A stretch of 64,000 nucleotides of DNA, taken from positions 1,280,001-1,344,000 of the forward strand of contig CBDIID010000003.1 of assembly GCA_965279515.1 (NCBI GenBank), in the 5' to 3' direction. The notes under the pieces were generated by a model. It was not told the origin of the DNA. It saw nothing but the letters and a program-made list of their open reading frames with translations, and searched no databases. This document shows positions 26,567 through 36,969 of this stretch, in pieces. Numbering within the stretch: the first letter of the stretch is position 1; each line of letters begins with the position of its first letter. Made by a program: the position numbers and the translations under genes. Source of the DNA: Turneriella sp. (GTDB lineage Bacteria > Spirochaetota > Leptospiria > Turneriellales > Turneriellaceae).

Positions 26567-28197
26567 TTTGTGGGTGGCGGCTCGGCGATCTGCGTGAAGC
26601 GGCCGTTTTCGAGCTTGCCATAGTAGGGAAACGGCGGCAGCTTCGTATCAAACTTCAGGCTCGCCAATTGTCTTTTTGCCTGCGCGATATCCTCGCTGCA
26701 AAGTTTTTTCTCTTCGGCGCCCATATTTTCGGTGCAGGTGTACGGACCCTGAATACGCAATACCTTATTCTGCAATTCCGCATAACCGATCTTAACTTCC
26801 TGCTGCTCATAATAGCTCGCCAGCTGCAACACCGGTGCGACGCGTTTGCCCTTGAGCGCGAACACGTCGAGCGACCATGAGCCCCGCGTCTGCTCGTTGC
26901 TGACGAGTTCGGGTACGCCGTCGCCGTCGAGGTCTGAGAACTCAGCGCTCTTCACCTCGGTTTCGTAAAAGACGCGCTTCTCGTCGCTCAGGTCGGCGAA
27001 AATAAAACGGCGGCGCGCGCTGAAACAATGCTCGCCCTCGCTTTCATTCGGGCCGAAATGGGCTTCGATTGCTGCGAAGCGCCGCGGCGCATCGCTGGCA
27101 CCCACAGCAAACTCGGTGGTCTTGCTGCACTGCACATTCAAGTCGCCGCCCGCATAACGGTTCAAATCTGCTGCCAAAGAATCGTCGAATGTATGCTGCT
27201 GCGCTTTAGAGACGGTATAGAAATCGCGCACAAATTTTACCTTCTTTTTGTCGACATAATAATAGCGGTCGGGCCCCATCTCGTGACCGCTGACGACAAA
27301 GCGGTAACGCAGTCGGTCACCTTTGGTGGTGACTCCGTCGACCGCGACGTACGTATCGGCCGGCAAGGCTCCCTTCGTTTTCTCCCAATCGATACCGAAA
27401 CTGGGCTCCTTCGCGATATCGATGCGGGTGTTACCGACGGCAACTTTATAGACATGTGCGCCGGCACCGGTGGCAATCATCCAACCGGATAAGAATTGAA
27501 AACCGGCGTCTTGCAACGCCGTCATGTCGCCCTTTGTGCCTTCGACGAGAAAACCGCCGAACGCATAACCCATGCCGCCCGCGGCATCCTGCAGCAGGTA
27601 CCACGAGCCGTGTTTGCCGTCGGCCTTGACCGACTGTGACGACTGCTCGAGCACCGCGAGCACCTCGCCGTTCTGCAGCGTGCGTATCTTCTCGCCGTTC
27701 AGCGCCGGCGTGCGCCGCCAGTTCACGGCCGTCGTCGCCATCACTGAAAGCGGCTCGCGCACTTCTTCTGTTTTATCAGGCGCGACTTCTTTATAAACCG
27801 AGACTTCGGTGCGCTTTTCAAAGACGAGAAAGTTTTCGCGCACCACCGCCTCGCGCTCGGGAATAAAACCTTCGACCGGCATCTGCGGTTTGTCGCCGGC
27901 CGCGCCGAGCGGCGAATATTTGATTTTATACCAGAAGACTTTTTCGGGGTCTTTCACGTCGGGCACGCGCGTCGCGAAGATCGCGACCTTGTTGCCGATC
28001 GGCAGCGTGCCGATCGCCTTACCGCGCACGCTCGGCGTATCCTGAATCGCAATCGCGCTCTTCACTGCAAAGCCGGTGGAAAGCGGCTGTTCGCTCGTTG
28101 CCTGTTGTGCCTCGCGGCCCGTCGGCTTCTTTTTACAATGATTTACCAGCAGCGCAGATGAAAGCGCTGCGAGCAGAAATATATTTCGTTTAAGCAT
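26563..28197 (-). CDS. SH3-domain lipoprotein
   Basis: Lipobox-like VNHCKKK; VNWRRTPALNGEKIRTLQNGE..WY..GYAFGGFL; DLDGDGVPEL motif. Confidence 0.75.
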   Translation of the reverse strand: MLKRNIFLLAALSSALLVNHCKKKPTGREAQQATSEQPLSTGFAVKSAIAIQDTPSVRGKAIGTLPIGNKVAIFATRVPDVKDPEKVFWYKIKYSPLGAAGDKPQMPVEGFIPEREAVVRENFLVFEKRTEVSVYKEVAPDKTEEVREPLSVMATTAVNWRRTPALNGEKIRTLQNGEVLAVLEQSSQSVKADGKHGSWYLLQDAAGGMGYAFGGFLVEGTKGDMTALQDAGFQFLSGWMIATGAGAHVYKVAVGNTRIDIAKEPSFGIDWEKTKGALPADTYVAVDGVTTKGDRLRYRFVVSGHEMGPDRYYYVDKKKVKFVRDFYTVSKAQQHTFDDSLAADLNRYAGGDLNVQCSKTTEFAVGASDAPRRFAAIEAHFGPNESEGEHCFSARRRFIFADLSDEKRVFYETEVKSAEFSDLDGDGVPELVSNEQTRGSWSLDVFALKGKRVAPVLQLASYYEQQEVKIGYAELQNKVLRIQGPYTCTENMGAEEKKLCSEDIAQAKRQLASLKFDTKLPPFPYYGKLENGRFTQIAEPPPTN

Positions 28198-28232
28198 CGG
28201 GACGCATACGCCCGCGCCCAAACGCCGTCAAT

Positions 28233-29444
28233 TCAAACCGGGACGAATACCGTTTCGGCTTCTTTAATACCCTTCAAAGAGAACTCTCCCAATGCCTTTG
28301 CGCCGGGTATTTGCAGAGCAAAATCGGCCGACATGAGCAGGTCGCGGCCGGTGCCTTTACAGAGCCCCTCGATGCGCGACGCCTTGTTGACCGCCGGCCC
28401 AACCACGGTAAAATCGAGGCGCCGGTTGGCGCCGACATTGCCATACTGTACGTCGCCGATATGCAGCGCAATGCCATGCCGTAACAGCGGTTGCTCCGCC
28501 TGGGCTCTTTTTTCGTTAAACACGGCGAGTGCCTTGTTCGCTGCTTCGGCGGCCGCCAGCGCATTCGCCGCCGCCTTTTTATGGTCGCCGTTTTCGACGG
28601 GAAAAATCGCCAGCACTGCATCGCCCATATACTTCAGAATCTCGCCGCCGTTTTCGATGATCGGCTGCGAGATCGTCTCGAAATACTGGTTGAGCCAGTC
28701 GATGAGCACAGTGGGATCCACACTTTCGGAAAGATCGGTATAACCGCGCAAATCGGAAAACCAGATAGCGGAAGAAATCGCATCGACATCGCCGGGTTTC
28801 ACTTTGCCCGCGAGCACCTTCTGCGAAGGCAAGAGCCCCAGATAGACCGCCATCAGGTTCTCGGTGATCAGGCGATTGACGTGAATTTCGAGCGCGACCG
28901 CCAGGTGCCCGGCCGAGCTGCGCAGAATTTCGAGATCCGCTTCGGTAAAACCGCCGGGCTTCTTCGTCGCAAGACTGATGCGGTGGCTGGCTTCGCCCAG
29001 CTGCTGCAGGGCATAGAGAAAATATGCCGTGCCGCCCGCGCTGCGTATGTCGGCCATAATCGGGAATTCATCGGGCGCTTCGGTGACAAGCGAATGCACC
29101 TCGCTTGCGCCGAGATCGATCTTTTTATACGGGCTGATCTGGTAGGGCTCAGAGCGCGCAAACGCGCCATGCGAAAAGCTGATCTCTTCGACGAGCTCTT
29201 TGCCGACGGCAGTCACGCGTTTTTGCAGAAAAAAAGAACGGCCAAGCGGCGGCAGATCGAGGTATTTCGCAAACCAGCCATAACGGATCGATTCGATCTC
29301 GGGGTGCAGCGTGCGTATCATCAGCGACGAGCGGATAATTTCAAAACCGGCGGCGTTGAGCTTCTGGATAAACCCGACCTGCAGCCCCGGAATACCCGCA
29401 GCCCGCGGGCCCTCGCCCACCAGCCAGTCGATAAGTTCGGTCAT
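28233..29444 (-). CDS. Class III adenylate/guanylate cyclase
   Basis: WFSDLRGYT, KYMGDAVLAIF, GNVGANRRLDFTVVGPAVNKASRIE. Confidence 0.92.
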   Translation of the reverse strand: MTELIDWLVGEGPRAAGIPGLQVGFIQKLNAAGFEIIRSSLMIRTLHPEIESIRYGWFAKYLDLPPLGRSFFLQKRVTAVGKELVEEISFSHGAFARSEPYQISPYKKIDLGASEVHSLVTEAPDEFPIMADIRSAGGTAYFLYALQQLGEASHRISLATKKPGGFTEADLEILRSSAGHLAVALEIHVNRLITENLMAVYLGLLPSQKVLAGKVKPGDVDAISSAIWFSDLRGYTDLSESVDPTVLIDWLNQYFETISQPIIENGGEILKYMGDAVLAIFPVENGDHKKAAANALAAAEAANKALAVFNEKRAQAEQPLLRHGIALHIGDVQYGNVGANRRLDFTVVGPAVNKASRIEGLCKGTGRDLLMSADFALQIPGAKALGEFSLKGIKEAETVFVPV

Positions 29445-29516
29445 GGGGAAAGATTTTTTTACGAAGGGCGAAGTAAAGCCTAATGGAGGTTTTGTGACCT
29501 GCCGCGCAGCTCCGAA

Positions 29517-31139
29517 TCAGTCGAAATAACGCACGAGCTCGTCCATGACATGCGACTTGGTGGAAAAATTTTCCGCGAGATTCTTAACGGTGCTGCTCGC
29601 CGAAACGAGGCGCTTCGTTGCCTCACCCATCTGCAGAAGGTTTTGACTGAACTCAGAGCCCGCCGATTCCATAATCTGGCTGATCAATTCGCCGTTCAGG
29701 GTGCTCAAACCGGAAATATTAGAAAATTCTTTGCTCGCATTATCGACGGCTTCTTTGCCGAGTCGGGTTTTCTGCCGCGACAGGGCGATCGCATCGTCGA
29801 TGCGCTGCGAATTGCCTTTAGTCTGCTCCGAGAGTTTTGAAATCTCGGCCGCTACGACGGCGAATCCGCGCCCTGCATCGCCCGCCCGGGCGGCTTCGAT
29901 TGTCGCGTTTAAGGACAATAAGTTCACCTGACGCGAGATTTCACCGATAATATCGACGCTCTCATCGATCGCTGCGCTCTGTTGCTCGATTTCCGTCATC
30001 CGTTTCTGTACTTCGCCGATCGCCTCGGAGCCATTATCCACGGATTTTGCCATCCGTTCTGTGCTGGTATGTGCACCCGCCACCGCACCCGTGATTTCAT
30101 ACATTTTGACCGAGATCGTCTTTACTGAAGTCTCTTGTTCCTGCGCCTCGCGCGCGAGGCGCGCAGCCTCTTCGCCTAAAACCGTGGCGCCATCTGAAAT
30201 AGCATCCGACTCGGCGCGGATGCGCCCGACGATATCGCGCCATTTTTCTGCCTGCAGGTTGATCAGGTGTCCGATTGCCGAAATATCGTGCGCGCCGTAT
30301 TGTGGTACCGATACCGAAAGCTTGCCCTGCGTCATGGCGCGGATAGATTCCGTGGTTTGGTTAATCGACGCCTTAAAAGTCAGGTAAGTGAGGTATGCGG
30401 TAAACATTGCAAAAAGCACCATCACACCGATGATACCCGCGCTATGTGCAATAGGGTAAGCGTTGAAGGCCTTTGCGGCACTCGGCACGTGGAGTATGTA
30501 ACTGAAAAAATAGATAATCAGAATGGTAAGTCCCAGAACGGCTAACAGAAAGCGGCCTGAAAACGGCAGGCTGCGGAACTCCCCCGGTTCAACGGATACT
30601 GACCGTAAGTTGGGGGCGTTTTGAATCGGTGCAATCGTAGATTCGGTGAGCGTAAAGAGCTGATACCAGGCGATCATGTTTCCCGCCGTTGGTAAGAGCG
30701 CCAAATTGGCCACCATGATCGCAGAAACATCGTGGCGGGTGACAAATATGACATAGAGGGTTAACATCCCCGTGTACCAGCGGCAGGGAACCAGCCAGGC
30801 CTCAAAAAACGGATAATTCAACAGCCTGATCTTCAGCGCCTTGAGATCGGCTTTGCCTGTCTGAGATTGAATTCCCTGCAATATGGGTCTCAGCTTGATC
30901 CAACGCGCGGCGCTATGGAGCAGAAAATCCTGAAAACCTGCATAGCCGAGACAGAGCAGAAAATCCACAGATTGCTGCGAATTCAGGTCACCAATCATCA
31001 GAAAGAAGTACCCGATAAACGGGATGAATATACCAGCGGTAAGAAGTTCAGTCCTCAGGGTGAGGCGCCAATATATCGTTCCGGGGCTTTCCACAATTAA
31101 CCGGCTCAAGGAGCTATACAAGTATCGGCAAAGAACCAC
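29517..31139 (-). CDS. Methyl-accepting chemotaxis protein (multi-TM sensor)
   Basis: [28 protein letters not shown] hairpin; N-terminal TMs and HAMP. Confidence 0.92.
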   Translation of the reverse strand: MVLCRYLYSSLSRLIVESPGTIYWRLTLRTELLTAGIFIPFIGYFFLMIGDLNSQQSVDFLLCLGYAGFQDFLLHSAARWIKLRPILQGIQSQTGKADLKALKIRLLNYPFFEAWLVPCRWYTGMLTLYVIFVTRHDVSAIMVANLALLPTAGNMIAWYQLFTLTESTIAPIQNAPNLRSVSVEPGEFRSLPFSGRFLLAVLGLTILIIYFFSYILHVPSAAKAFNAYPIAHSAGIIGVMVLFAMFTAYLTYLTFKASINQTTESIRAMTQGKLSVSVPQYGAHDISAIGHLINLQAEKWRDIVGRIRAESDAISDGATVLGEEAARLAREAQEQETSVKTISVKMYEITGAVAGAHTSTERMAKSVDNGSEAIGEVQKRMTEIEQQSAAIDESVDIIGEISRQVNLLSLNATIEAARAGDAGRGFAVVAAEISKLSEQTKGNSQRIDDAIALSRQKTRLGKEAVDNASKEFSNISGLSTLNGELISQIMESAGSEFSQNLLQMGEATKRLVSASSTVKNLAENFSTKSHVMDELVRYFD

Positions 31140-31200
31140 TTCAGCCTAAGAAAGCATGAAAATAACTTGCCTCGCAGCCCCGACTGCGCCGGTATGAACA

Positions 31201-31923
31201 ATGAGCGAAAAAGAAACCGACCAAAATCTGCAATTCGACAAAGCCGAATTCGACCAGGCAAGCACTGCCGCGACCTGCAGTATGTGCAATACGCCTCTTA
31301 AAGGAAGCTATTTTTCCGTAAATATGCAGAGTATGTGCGCCAACTGTACAGAAACCGTGCGCACAACGATCGCCCGCAAATCAGGCACGGGCGACGTTCT
31401 CAAAAGCATCCTTTTTGGTATCGGCGCCGGCATCGCCGGCTCGTTGATTTATTACGCTGTGCTCAAATTTACCGGCTATGAAATCGGCCTGATTGCCATT
31501 CTCGTCGGCTACATGGTCGGCCGCGCCGTCATGATCGGCTCAGGCCACCGCGGCGGCCTGCAATACCGCATCATCGCGGTACTGATCACCTATATCTCGA
31601 TCGTCAGCACCTACGTGCCCATGGTGATCAGCGAATTCAAAAAACAGGCAGCAGTCGCAGAAACAACGCAAAACGCTACCATAGAAAAAGCAAAGGCCGC
31701 GCAACCTGCAGCACCCGCTGCCCCGCAGCCGCCCATCTCTTTCGGCGAGGCGCTCGTCGCCTTGCTGTTATTCGCCGGCGCCATGCTGATTCTGCCCTTT
31801 CTCGCGGGGATATCGAACATCATCGGCCTGCTCATCATCGGCTTTGCGCTCTTTGAAGCGTGGCGCCGCACCGCCAAACCCAAAGTCGATATCGAAGGCC
31901 CGTTCGAAATCATCCATGCTTAA
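31201..31923 (+). CDS. Membrane protein with N-terminal CxxC..CxxC zinc motif
   Basis: CSMC..CANC followed by several TM helices; overlaps the next gene. Confidence 0.7.
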   Translation: MSEKETDQNLQFDKAEFDQASTAATCSMCNTPLKGSYFSVNMQSMCANCTETVRTTIARKSGTGDVLKSILFGIGAGIAGSLIYYAVLKFTGYEIGLIAILVGYMVGRAVMIGSGHRGGLQYRIIAVLITYISIVSTYVPMVISEFKKQAAVAETTQNATIEKAKAAQPAAPAAPQPPISFGEALVALLLFAGAMLILPFLAGISNIIGLLIIGFALFEAWRRTAKPKVDIEGPFEIIHA

Positions 31924-32944
31924 ATGCCATGCCTGCGCCAGCGAGATGCAAAATGGCCTGCTGATCTGCCCGGTGTGTTCGGCCCTGGTATTCCGCAGCG
32001 AACTCGAACAGGCGGCGCAGCGCGCGGCAGAATTTACCGCGACTGAAAACTTTACCGCGGCGCGCGACAGCTGGCGCGAAGCCCTGCAATATCTTCCCTC
32101 CGAAAGCAAACAGAGCCGCATCATTGGCGCAAAGATCGAAGAGCTCAGCCGCAAAATTCCCGGCGGTCTCAAAGAACCAGCCGCTGAAAAATCCGGTATC
32201 GGCAACGGCAAAAAAGTCGGATTTTTTGTCGCGATCGGCCTCTTTCTCTGGAAATTCAAAATCATCTTCGCCTTTATTCTCACGAAAGGAAAATTGCTGC
32301 TGCTCGGCCTCACCAAAGGCAGTACCTTTTTCTCGCTGATTCTTTCTCTCGGTTTTTACTGGTCGCTGTTCGGCTGGCAACTCGCCGCCGGTTTTTTACT
32401 CTGCATCTATGTGCATGAAATGGGCCATGTCTTCGCGCTCAGCCGTTATGGTATCAAGGCCACCGCACCGATGTTTATCCCCGGCTTTGGCGCCTTTGTG
32501 CGCCTGAACGAACGCCCCGCCAATGCCATCGAAAATGCGCGCGTCGGTCTCGCCGGCCCCGTCTGGGGTCTGGTCGCCACCGCAGCCTGCTTTGGCCTCA
32601 GCGAATGGACCGGTGCCCAGATCTTCGCAGCGCTCACCCGCCTCTCTGCCTGGGTCAACCTCTTCAACCTGCTGCCGTTCTGGCAGCTCGACGGCAACCG
32701 CGCGCTCGGTGCACTGACGAAAATACAGCGCCTGGGCCTCGCCGCGGTGATGCTCGCCGCCTTCGTCGTCACACACGAAGGTTTGCTCATTCTGCTGATG
32801 GTCGCAACGCTGATACGGGCATTTGGCAGCGACCGGCCCGAGACGGGCGACAACTATACTTTCTACGAATTCGCCATCGTGCTTGTCGCTCTTGCCCTGC
32901 TTTCTTCCGTCGATATCAAAATTGTGTCTGCCGCGCAGCACTGA
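31916..32944 (+). CDS. Site-2 (M50) intramembrane metalloprotease
   Basis: HEMGH, LAGP, NLFNLLPFWQLDG; N-terminal CHAC..CPVC. Confidence 0.9.
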   Translation: MLKCHACASEMQNGLLICPVCSALVFRSELEQAAQRAAEFTATENFTAARDSWREALQYLPSESKQSRIIGAKIEELSRKIPGGLKEPAAEKSGIGNGKKVGFFVAIGLFLWKFKIIFAFILTKGKLLLLGLTKGSTFFSLILSLGFYWSLFGWQLAAGFLLCIYVHEMGHVFALSRYGIKATAPMFIPGFGAFVRLNERPANAIENARVGLAGPVWGLVATAACFGLSEWTGAQIFAALTRLSAWVNLFNLLPFWQLDGNRALGALTKIQRLGLAAVMLAAFVVTHEGLLILLMVATLIRAFGSDRPETGDNYTFYEFAIVLVALALLSSVDIKIVSAAQH

Positions 32945-32948
32945 TCGT

Positions 32949-34877
32949 ATGGCCTTGCCTTGCAAAATCGCCCTTTTGGTAATCACGCCGCTTTTGTTGT
33001 CATGCGAGCGGCCGCAATGGCCAGACATCAGGCTTTCCCCTTATTTCAGCAAGCTTGTGGCCCAGGAAGCGGCTCTCGCCAAACAACCCACAGAGTATGA
33101 GGATTACGACCGGCGCGAGCACTTTCGCCCCGAGGGCATCTACAGCGACGGCAAAGACATCTTCGTCTGGTCGTCGCGCCACCGCGAGCAGGCCGTACTG
33201 AGTGAAAAAAGCGGTCATTGGTTTGCCGCGCGGTGGCGCTTAGGCCCGTTGAAAACGCAGCGCTGCCTCTTTATAGAGAAAGATGGCCTGGGGTCTGTCT
33301 GTCTCGGCGCCATGCAGCCTAAAGGCCTCACCAGCTTCGACACGAAAATCCATTTTGAACTGGAACCGCGGGCAGGTTATGTCGATTTCGCCTATTCCAC
33401 AAACCGGTTTTTCGTCGCTGATGCGGTGCGCGAACAAATCGCCATTCTGGATAACAGGGGCAAGCTCCTTGGCAGCACGAGCGCACCGGGCATTTACCGC
33501 ATCTTTGCCGCCGAGAAAAATCTCATCTACCTGTCGCACCTGGAACCCCGCCTGGTCGTTCTGACAGAGGTCAACGGCGCCTGGCAGCAGCGCGCCGCAT
33601 TTCACCTCAATGCGCCGGTCCGCGATCTCTGGTTCGACGGTGCCGCGCAACTGCTCTGGACCATCGGCCCCAAAAATGAAATCGTACGGCGCAAAAATGG
33701 CGGCATCGATAATCTGAATTCATTTCTTTATGCCTATACAACAAACGATCTCATGGCAGGCAAGGCATCGCCGACAGTCGCCGTCGATCTCGGCAAGCAG
33801 GGCCTGGTCGATGCAATCTCTTTGACGCCGTCACCGCAGGGTCTGTTGATCGCCGCGCGCGGCTCTGCCAGGTATGCGCGCGTCTTACCGCAGGGCGGCC
33901 TGGAAATTCTGCCGACGGGCCTGCGCGGTGTCGCGGCATTATTTCCCCTGGGCCAAGACCTCTTCGCCGCAGGAATTTTTTCCGATGCGGTGAAGGTTTT
34001 TTCCAGCGGGGGAAATCCCACTGCGGCAATCGGACTCAACAGGCGGGCCGCACCGGCCCTCACCGCGGCCGAAAAGGGAGAAATGATTTTTTACTCGCGC
34101 GCCATCGGCCGCGATCTGCCGCAGAACCAGTACAGCTGTGAATCCTGCCATTGGGACCGTCTGACCGATCACCGCGTGCATTATGGCGGCGGCGGCACGC
34201 AAGGACTCATTCGCCCGCCGCGCGGCATCGGCATGGTCAGCCACCCGATGCCCGACATGGAATACGATTCAATATCAAAACTCGTCGAAGAATTTTTCAA
34301 GGCGATGGATTATGAATTCTGGTCTAAGCCGCGCCTGCCCGAAGAGCACTGGCAGAATGAGAAGATTCTTTTTCCCGATAGCGATGCGCCCATCAGACTC
34401 TCCTCAGAAGACGCACGCGCAGCTCTATTGCAGTATCTCATGCGACTGCCTGTAGAACACCCCGTGCTGCGCGCGCCCGGCGAAAGCCTGGCCGGCGCGG
34501 CCCTCAAAGGTTTTGAAATTTTTGCCCGCGACTGCATGCGCTGCCATGAGGCGGTCACCAACATGCGTGACCGCCAGGCAATGAACCGCAGCGCTGTGCC
34601 CGGTTATCTCCGGAACAAACCACTGGTTTTTGGTGCGCCGCTTTTTGTAAAAACGGCTATCCCCCACCCATACACACCGCATGGCACACGCATCAACCCG
34701 CTCACCAACCTGGGGCGCGGGGGGCCATTCTTCACGCGCGGCGTGGCTAAAAATCTCACAGAGGTTATCCGGCGCACAAACCCGAATACCAATGAGGTAC
34801 ACTTTGCCACGGACGAAAAAACTTTTTATACGGCCGAAGAAATAAACGCGCTGGCTGCGTTTCTGCGCTCTATTTAA
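32949..34877 (+). CDS. Lipoprotein with beta-propeller-like N-terminus and diheme cytochrome c C-terminus
   Basis: Lipobox LLLSC; SCESCH and DCMRCH; GEMIFY and GFEIF precede the heme motifs. Confidence 0.75.
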   Translation: MALPCKIALLVITPLLLSCERPQWPDIRLSPYFSKLVAQEAALAKQPTEYEDYDRREHFRPEGIYSDGKDIFVWSSRHREQAVLSEKSGHWFAARWRLGPLKTQRCLFIEKDGLGSVCLGAMQPKGLTSFDTKIHFELEPRAGYVDFAYSTNRFFVADAVREQIAILDNRGKLLGSTSAPGIYRIFAAEKNLIYLSHLEPRLVVLTEVNGAWQQRAAFHLNAPVRDLWFDGAAQLLWTIGPKNEIVRRKNGGIDNLNSFLYAYTTNDLMAGKASPTVAVDLGKQGLVDAISLTPSPQGLLIAARGSARYARVLPQGGLEILPTGLRGVAALFPLGQDLFAAGIFSDAVKVFSSGGNPTAAIGLNRRAAPALTAAEKGEMIFYSRAIGRDLPQNQYSCESCHWDRLTDHRVHYGGGGTQGLIRPPRGIGMVSHPMPDMEYDSISKLVEEFFKAMDYEFWSKPRLPEEHWQNEKILFPDSDAPIRLSSEDARAALLQYLMRLPVEHPVLRAPGESLAGAALKGFEIFARDCMRCHEAVTNMRDRQAMNRSAVPGYLRNKPLVFGAPLFVKTAIPHPYTPHGTRINPLTNLGRGGPFFTRGVAKNLTEVIRRTNPNTNEVHFATDEKTFYTAEEINALAAFLRSI

Positions 34878-34880
34878 AGT

Positions 34881-35138
34881 TTAGTTCCACTTAAGCGTCA
34901 GGTCGCTGCGCTCTTTGGCTGCGGTGAGTAAAATGCCGCGTACTGCGCGCAGCTCTGCATGTGCGGTGACGTCGGCCTCATACGAAGCCCAGACCACTTC
35001 GGCCGGGCCCTTGAGGTCGGTGGTGATAAAATCATAAAGCGCGTCGAGGTTATCGCCGAAGTTTTTCCCTGCTGCCTGCTTTTTGAGCTGCGCATAAAAA
35101 TCTTCGGGGGATTTTACTGCCGAAAAGGTAAGTGTCAT
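34881..35138 (-). CDS. Barstar-family ribonuclease inhibitor
   Basis: FYAQL..FGDNLDALYD motif; coupled to the RNase gene. Confidence 0.88.
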   Translation of the reverse strand: MTLTFSAVKSPEDFYAQLKKQAAGKNFGDNLDALYDFITTDLKGPAEVVWASYEADVTAHAELRAVRGILLTAAKERSDLTLKWN

Positions 35139-35563
35139 GGCGGAACCTCCTGGAACGTCTTATAGTGGTCCGTCGTCACGTAGATCAGCCTGTCACTCGA
35201 AAAAAGCAGTCGCTTGGCGCCGCGCTTACCCTTCTTGAAAGAAAGATCGGCCTCAAACCACTGCCGGCCTTTTTTGATCGGCAAACGTTTTTCGAAATTA
35301 CCGAAACGATCACCGCCGATACTTTTACCCGGTGCAACCGCGGCGAGATCGGTGCCGGGCTGCCAGCCCAGCTTTTTTGCCTCTTTTTTGGTGATGAATT
35401 TTTCCGGCAGTCGTCCGCTTGTGCGTATCGCCTGCACAGCAGCTGTCAGTTCGCCGCAATCCAGCTTTTTTTCGCGGCAAAACCCGCCGAGATCGGCCGC
35501 TGCGAGGCCGGCGGAGAAAATAACCAGAGCAGCCGGCAGGCAGAAGAATTTTCGAAACAACAT
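35135..35563 (-). CDS. Barnase-like secreted ribonuclease
   Basis: LPEKFITKKEAKKLGW..APGKSIGGDRFGNFEKRLP..WFEAD..RGAKRLLFSSD..TTDHYKTF. Confidence 0.93.
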   Translation of the reverse strand: MLFRKFFCLPAALVIFSAGLAAADLGGFCREKKLDCGELTAAVQAIRTSGRLPEKFITKKEAKKLGWQPGTDLAAVAPGKSIGGDRFGNFEKRLPIKKGRQWFEADLSFKKGKRGAKRLLFSSDRLIYVTTDHYKTFQEVPP

Positions 35564-35614
35564 GCCTGAGAGTGAGCCGCCGCTATAGGGTGTAAACCCA
35601 TACGCGACCGCCTG

Positions 35615-36226
35615 TCACACTGCAGGCGACCAGTCATACTCCATGCGCCGCGCGGTCGCGATGGCAATTTCAAGATTCGTGAGGCGCGCCGCAAGATAGA
35701 GCGACATCTCAATGCCGGCGGAAATTCCACCCGACGTGACAACATTGCCGGCATCGACATACTTTTTGCCGCTCCGCACCTTAAGCCTGGGATACTGCTT
35801 CTGTAAATCGTCCTGATCCATCCAATGCGTGGTAACTTCCTGATCACCGATCACACCGGTCTTCGCCAGCAGAAATGCGCCGGTGCAGACCGAGGCAACG
35901 AGCGGCGTTCGCGCGGCGGTCGATTTTATCCAATCGAGGGCCACAGTATTTTCGATTTCAATCTTTTCAGCCCCGTAACCACCGGGAACAATGAGCAGCT
36001 CCAGCGCCGGATGGTCCGCAAACGTGAAATCCGCCTTCACCTTGAGGCCGTTTCGCCCGGAGAGCAAAATATCTTTCTCAGAAATGGTATGAACTTTAAA
36101 TACCTTTTCTTTGGTATCGGGATATTCCGCGAGGCTGAACACTTCGAAGGGGCCCGCGAAGTCGAGCACTTCGACTTCGTTGAACAGGAAGATCCCGACC
36201 GGAATTATTTTGCGTGGAACGGACAT
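35615..36226 (-). CDS. DJ-1/PfpI family protein
   Basis: EVLDFAGPFEVF, VPGGYG, SVCTGAFLL, TSGGISAGI. Confidence 0.9.
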   Translation of the reverse strand: MSVPRKIIPVGIFLFNEVEVLDFAGPFEVFSLAEYPDTKEKVFKVHTISEKDILLSGRNGLKVKADFTFADHPALELLIVPGGYGAEKIEIENTVALDWIKSTAARTPLVASVCTGAFLLAKTGVIGDQEVTTHWMDQDDLQKQYPRLKVRSGKKYVDAGNVVTSGGISAGIEMSLYLAARLTNLEIAIATARRMEYDWSPAV

Positions 36227-36861
36227 CTTTTCTCCATCGCCGCGACGGCCTCGGCATCCTTGGGTTTATTGCGCTTCACAAGACCGTCGCGCAGCTTCAC
36301 CCATTCTTCTTCGTTGCGGTTCTGCCCAAATTTGAATTTTGCCGAGATCGAATCGGGTACGATCTTCGTCACCATCACCGATTTGATATTCCTGCGGTAT
36401 TCGTCATCCAAAATGTCGAACGGCGCGTAACCGCCCTCGCTCTGCAGCTTCTGCATAAACGCCGAAAGCGCACGCACCTTTTCGTCGCTATCTTCGACAA
36501 AGCCCGCCTTGCCATAGATCATCACCGATTTAAAAAACGCCGTCGCCGGGCAGGCCAGTTTTTCGCTGGTGAAATACGACGGTATCAGCGCCGTCTCATC
36601 CGCAACGCAGAACGTGACGTGGTTATTCTGTTTGAGATCCCTGATCTTTTGCCCCAGGCGGCTCGAGTGAAAGTAGAGCGCATCCATCGTCCACACAAAG
36701 TTCAGCGGCACGATATTCGGGTATGGCATGGCGCTCTGCGTAGCAAGAAAGCCGAACGACATCTGCGCGAGAAATGCCTCGATCTCGGCAAAATCGGCTT
36801 CTGCGTGTTCACTGCGCCGCATCGGCAGCGGGGTCTGCGACAGCAAGGTTTCGGGGTTCAT
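36205..36861 (-). CDS. Pyridoxamine 5'-phosphate oxidase-like flavin-binding protein
   Basis: PNIVPLNFV..LYFHSSRLGQK..ATAFFKSVMIYG..KFKFGQN. Confidence 0.85.
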   Translation of the reverse strand: MNPETLLSQTPLPMRRSEHAEADFAEIEAFLAQMSFGFLATQSAMPYPNIVPLNFVWTMDALYFHSSRLGQKIRDLKQNNHVTFCVADETALIPSYFTSEKLACPATAFFKSVMIYGKAGFVEDSDEKVRALSAFMQKLQSEGGYAPFDILDDEYRRNIKSVMVTKIVPDSISAKFKFGQNRNEEEWVKLRDGLVKRNKPKDAEAVAAMEKRCPFHAK

Positions 36862-36969
36862 AGTAGCCGTAAAATACACAGATGTCCCGGAACAATAAAA
36901 GTCCAGATTTTTCATATTTATCTGTACCAGTTGAATTCCGCTCCGCAGTGGGATATCCCGCGGCGGCAA

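Noticed and set aside
28491..29483. 330-aa plus-strand ORF and many similar overlapping ORFs across the window
   Set aside because: Antisense or alternate-frame shadows of well-supported genes, as expected in GC-rich DNA.
36214..36969. Long N-terminal extension of the MocR ORF (721 aa)
   Set aside because: Antisense shadow of the flavin-binding gene; the GntR HTH begins after 36970.
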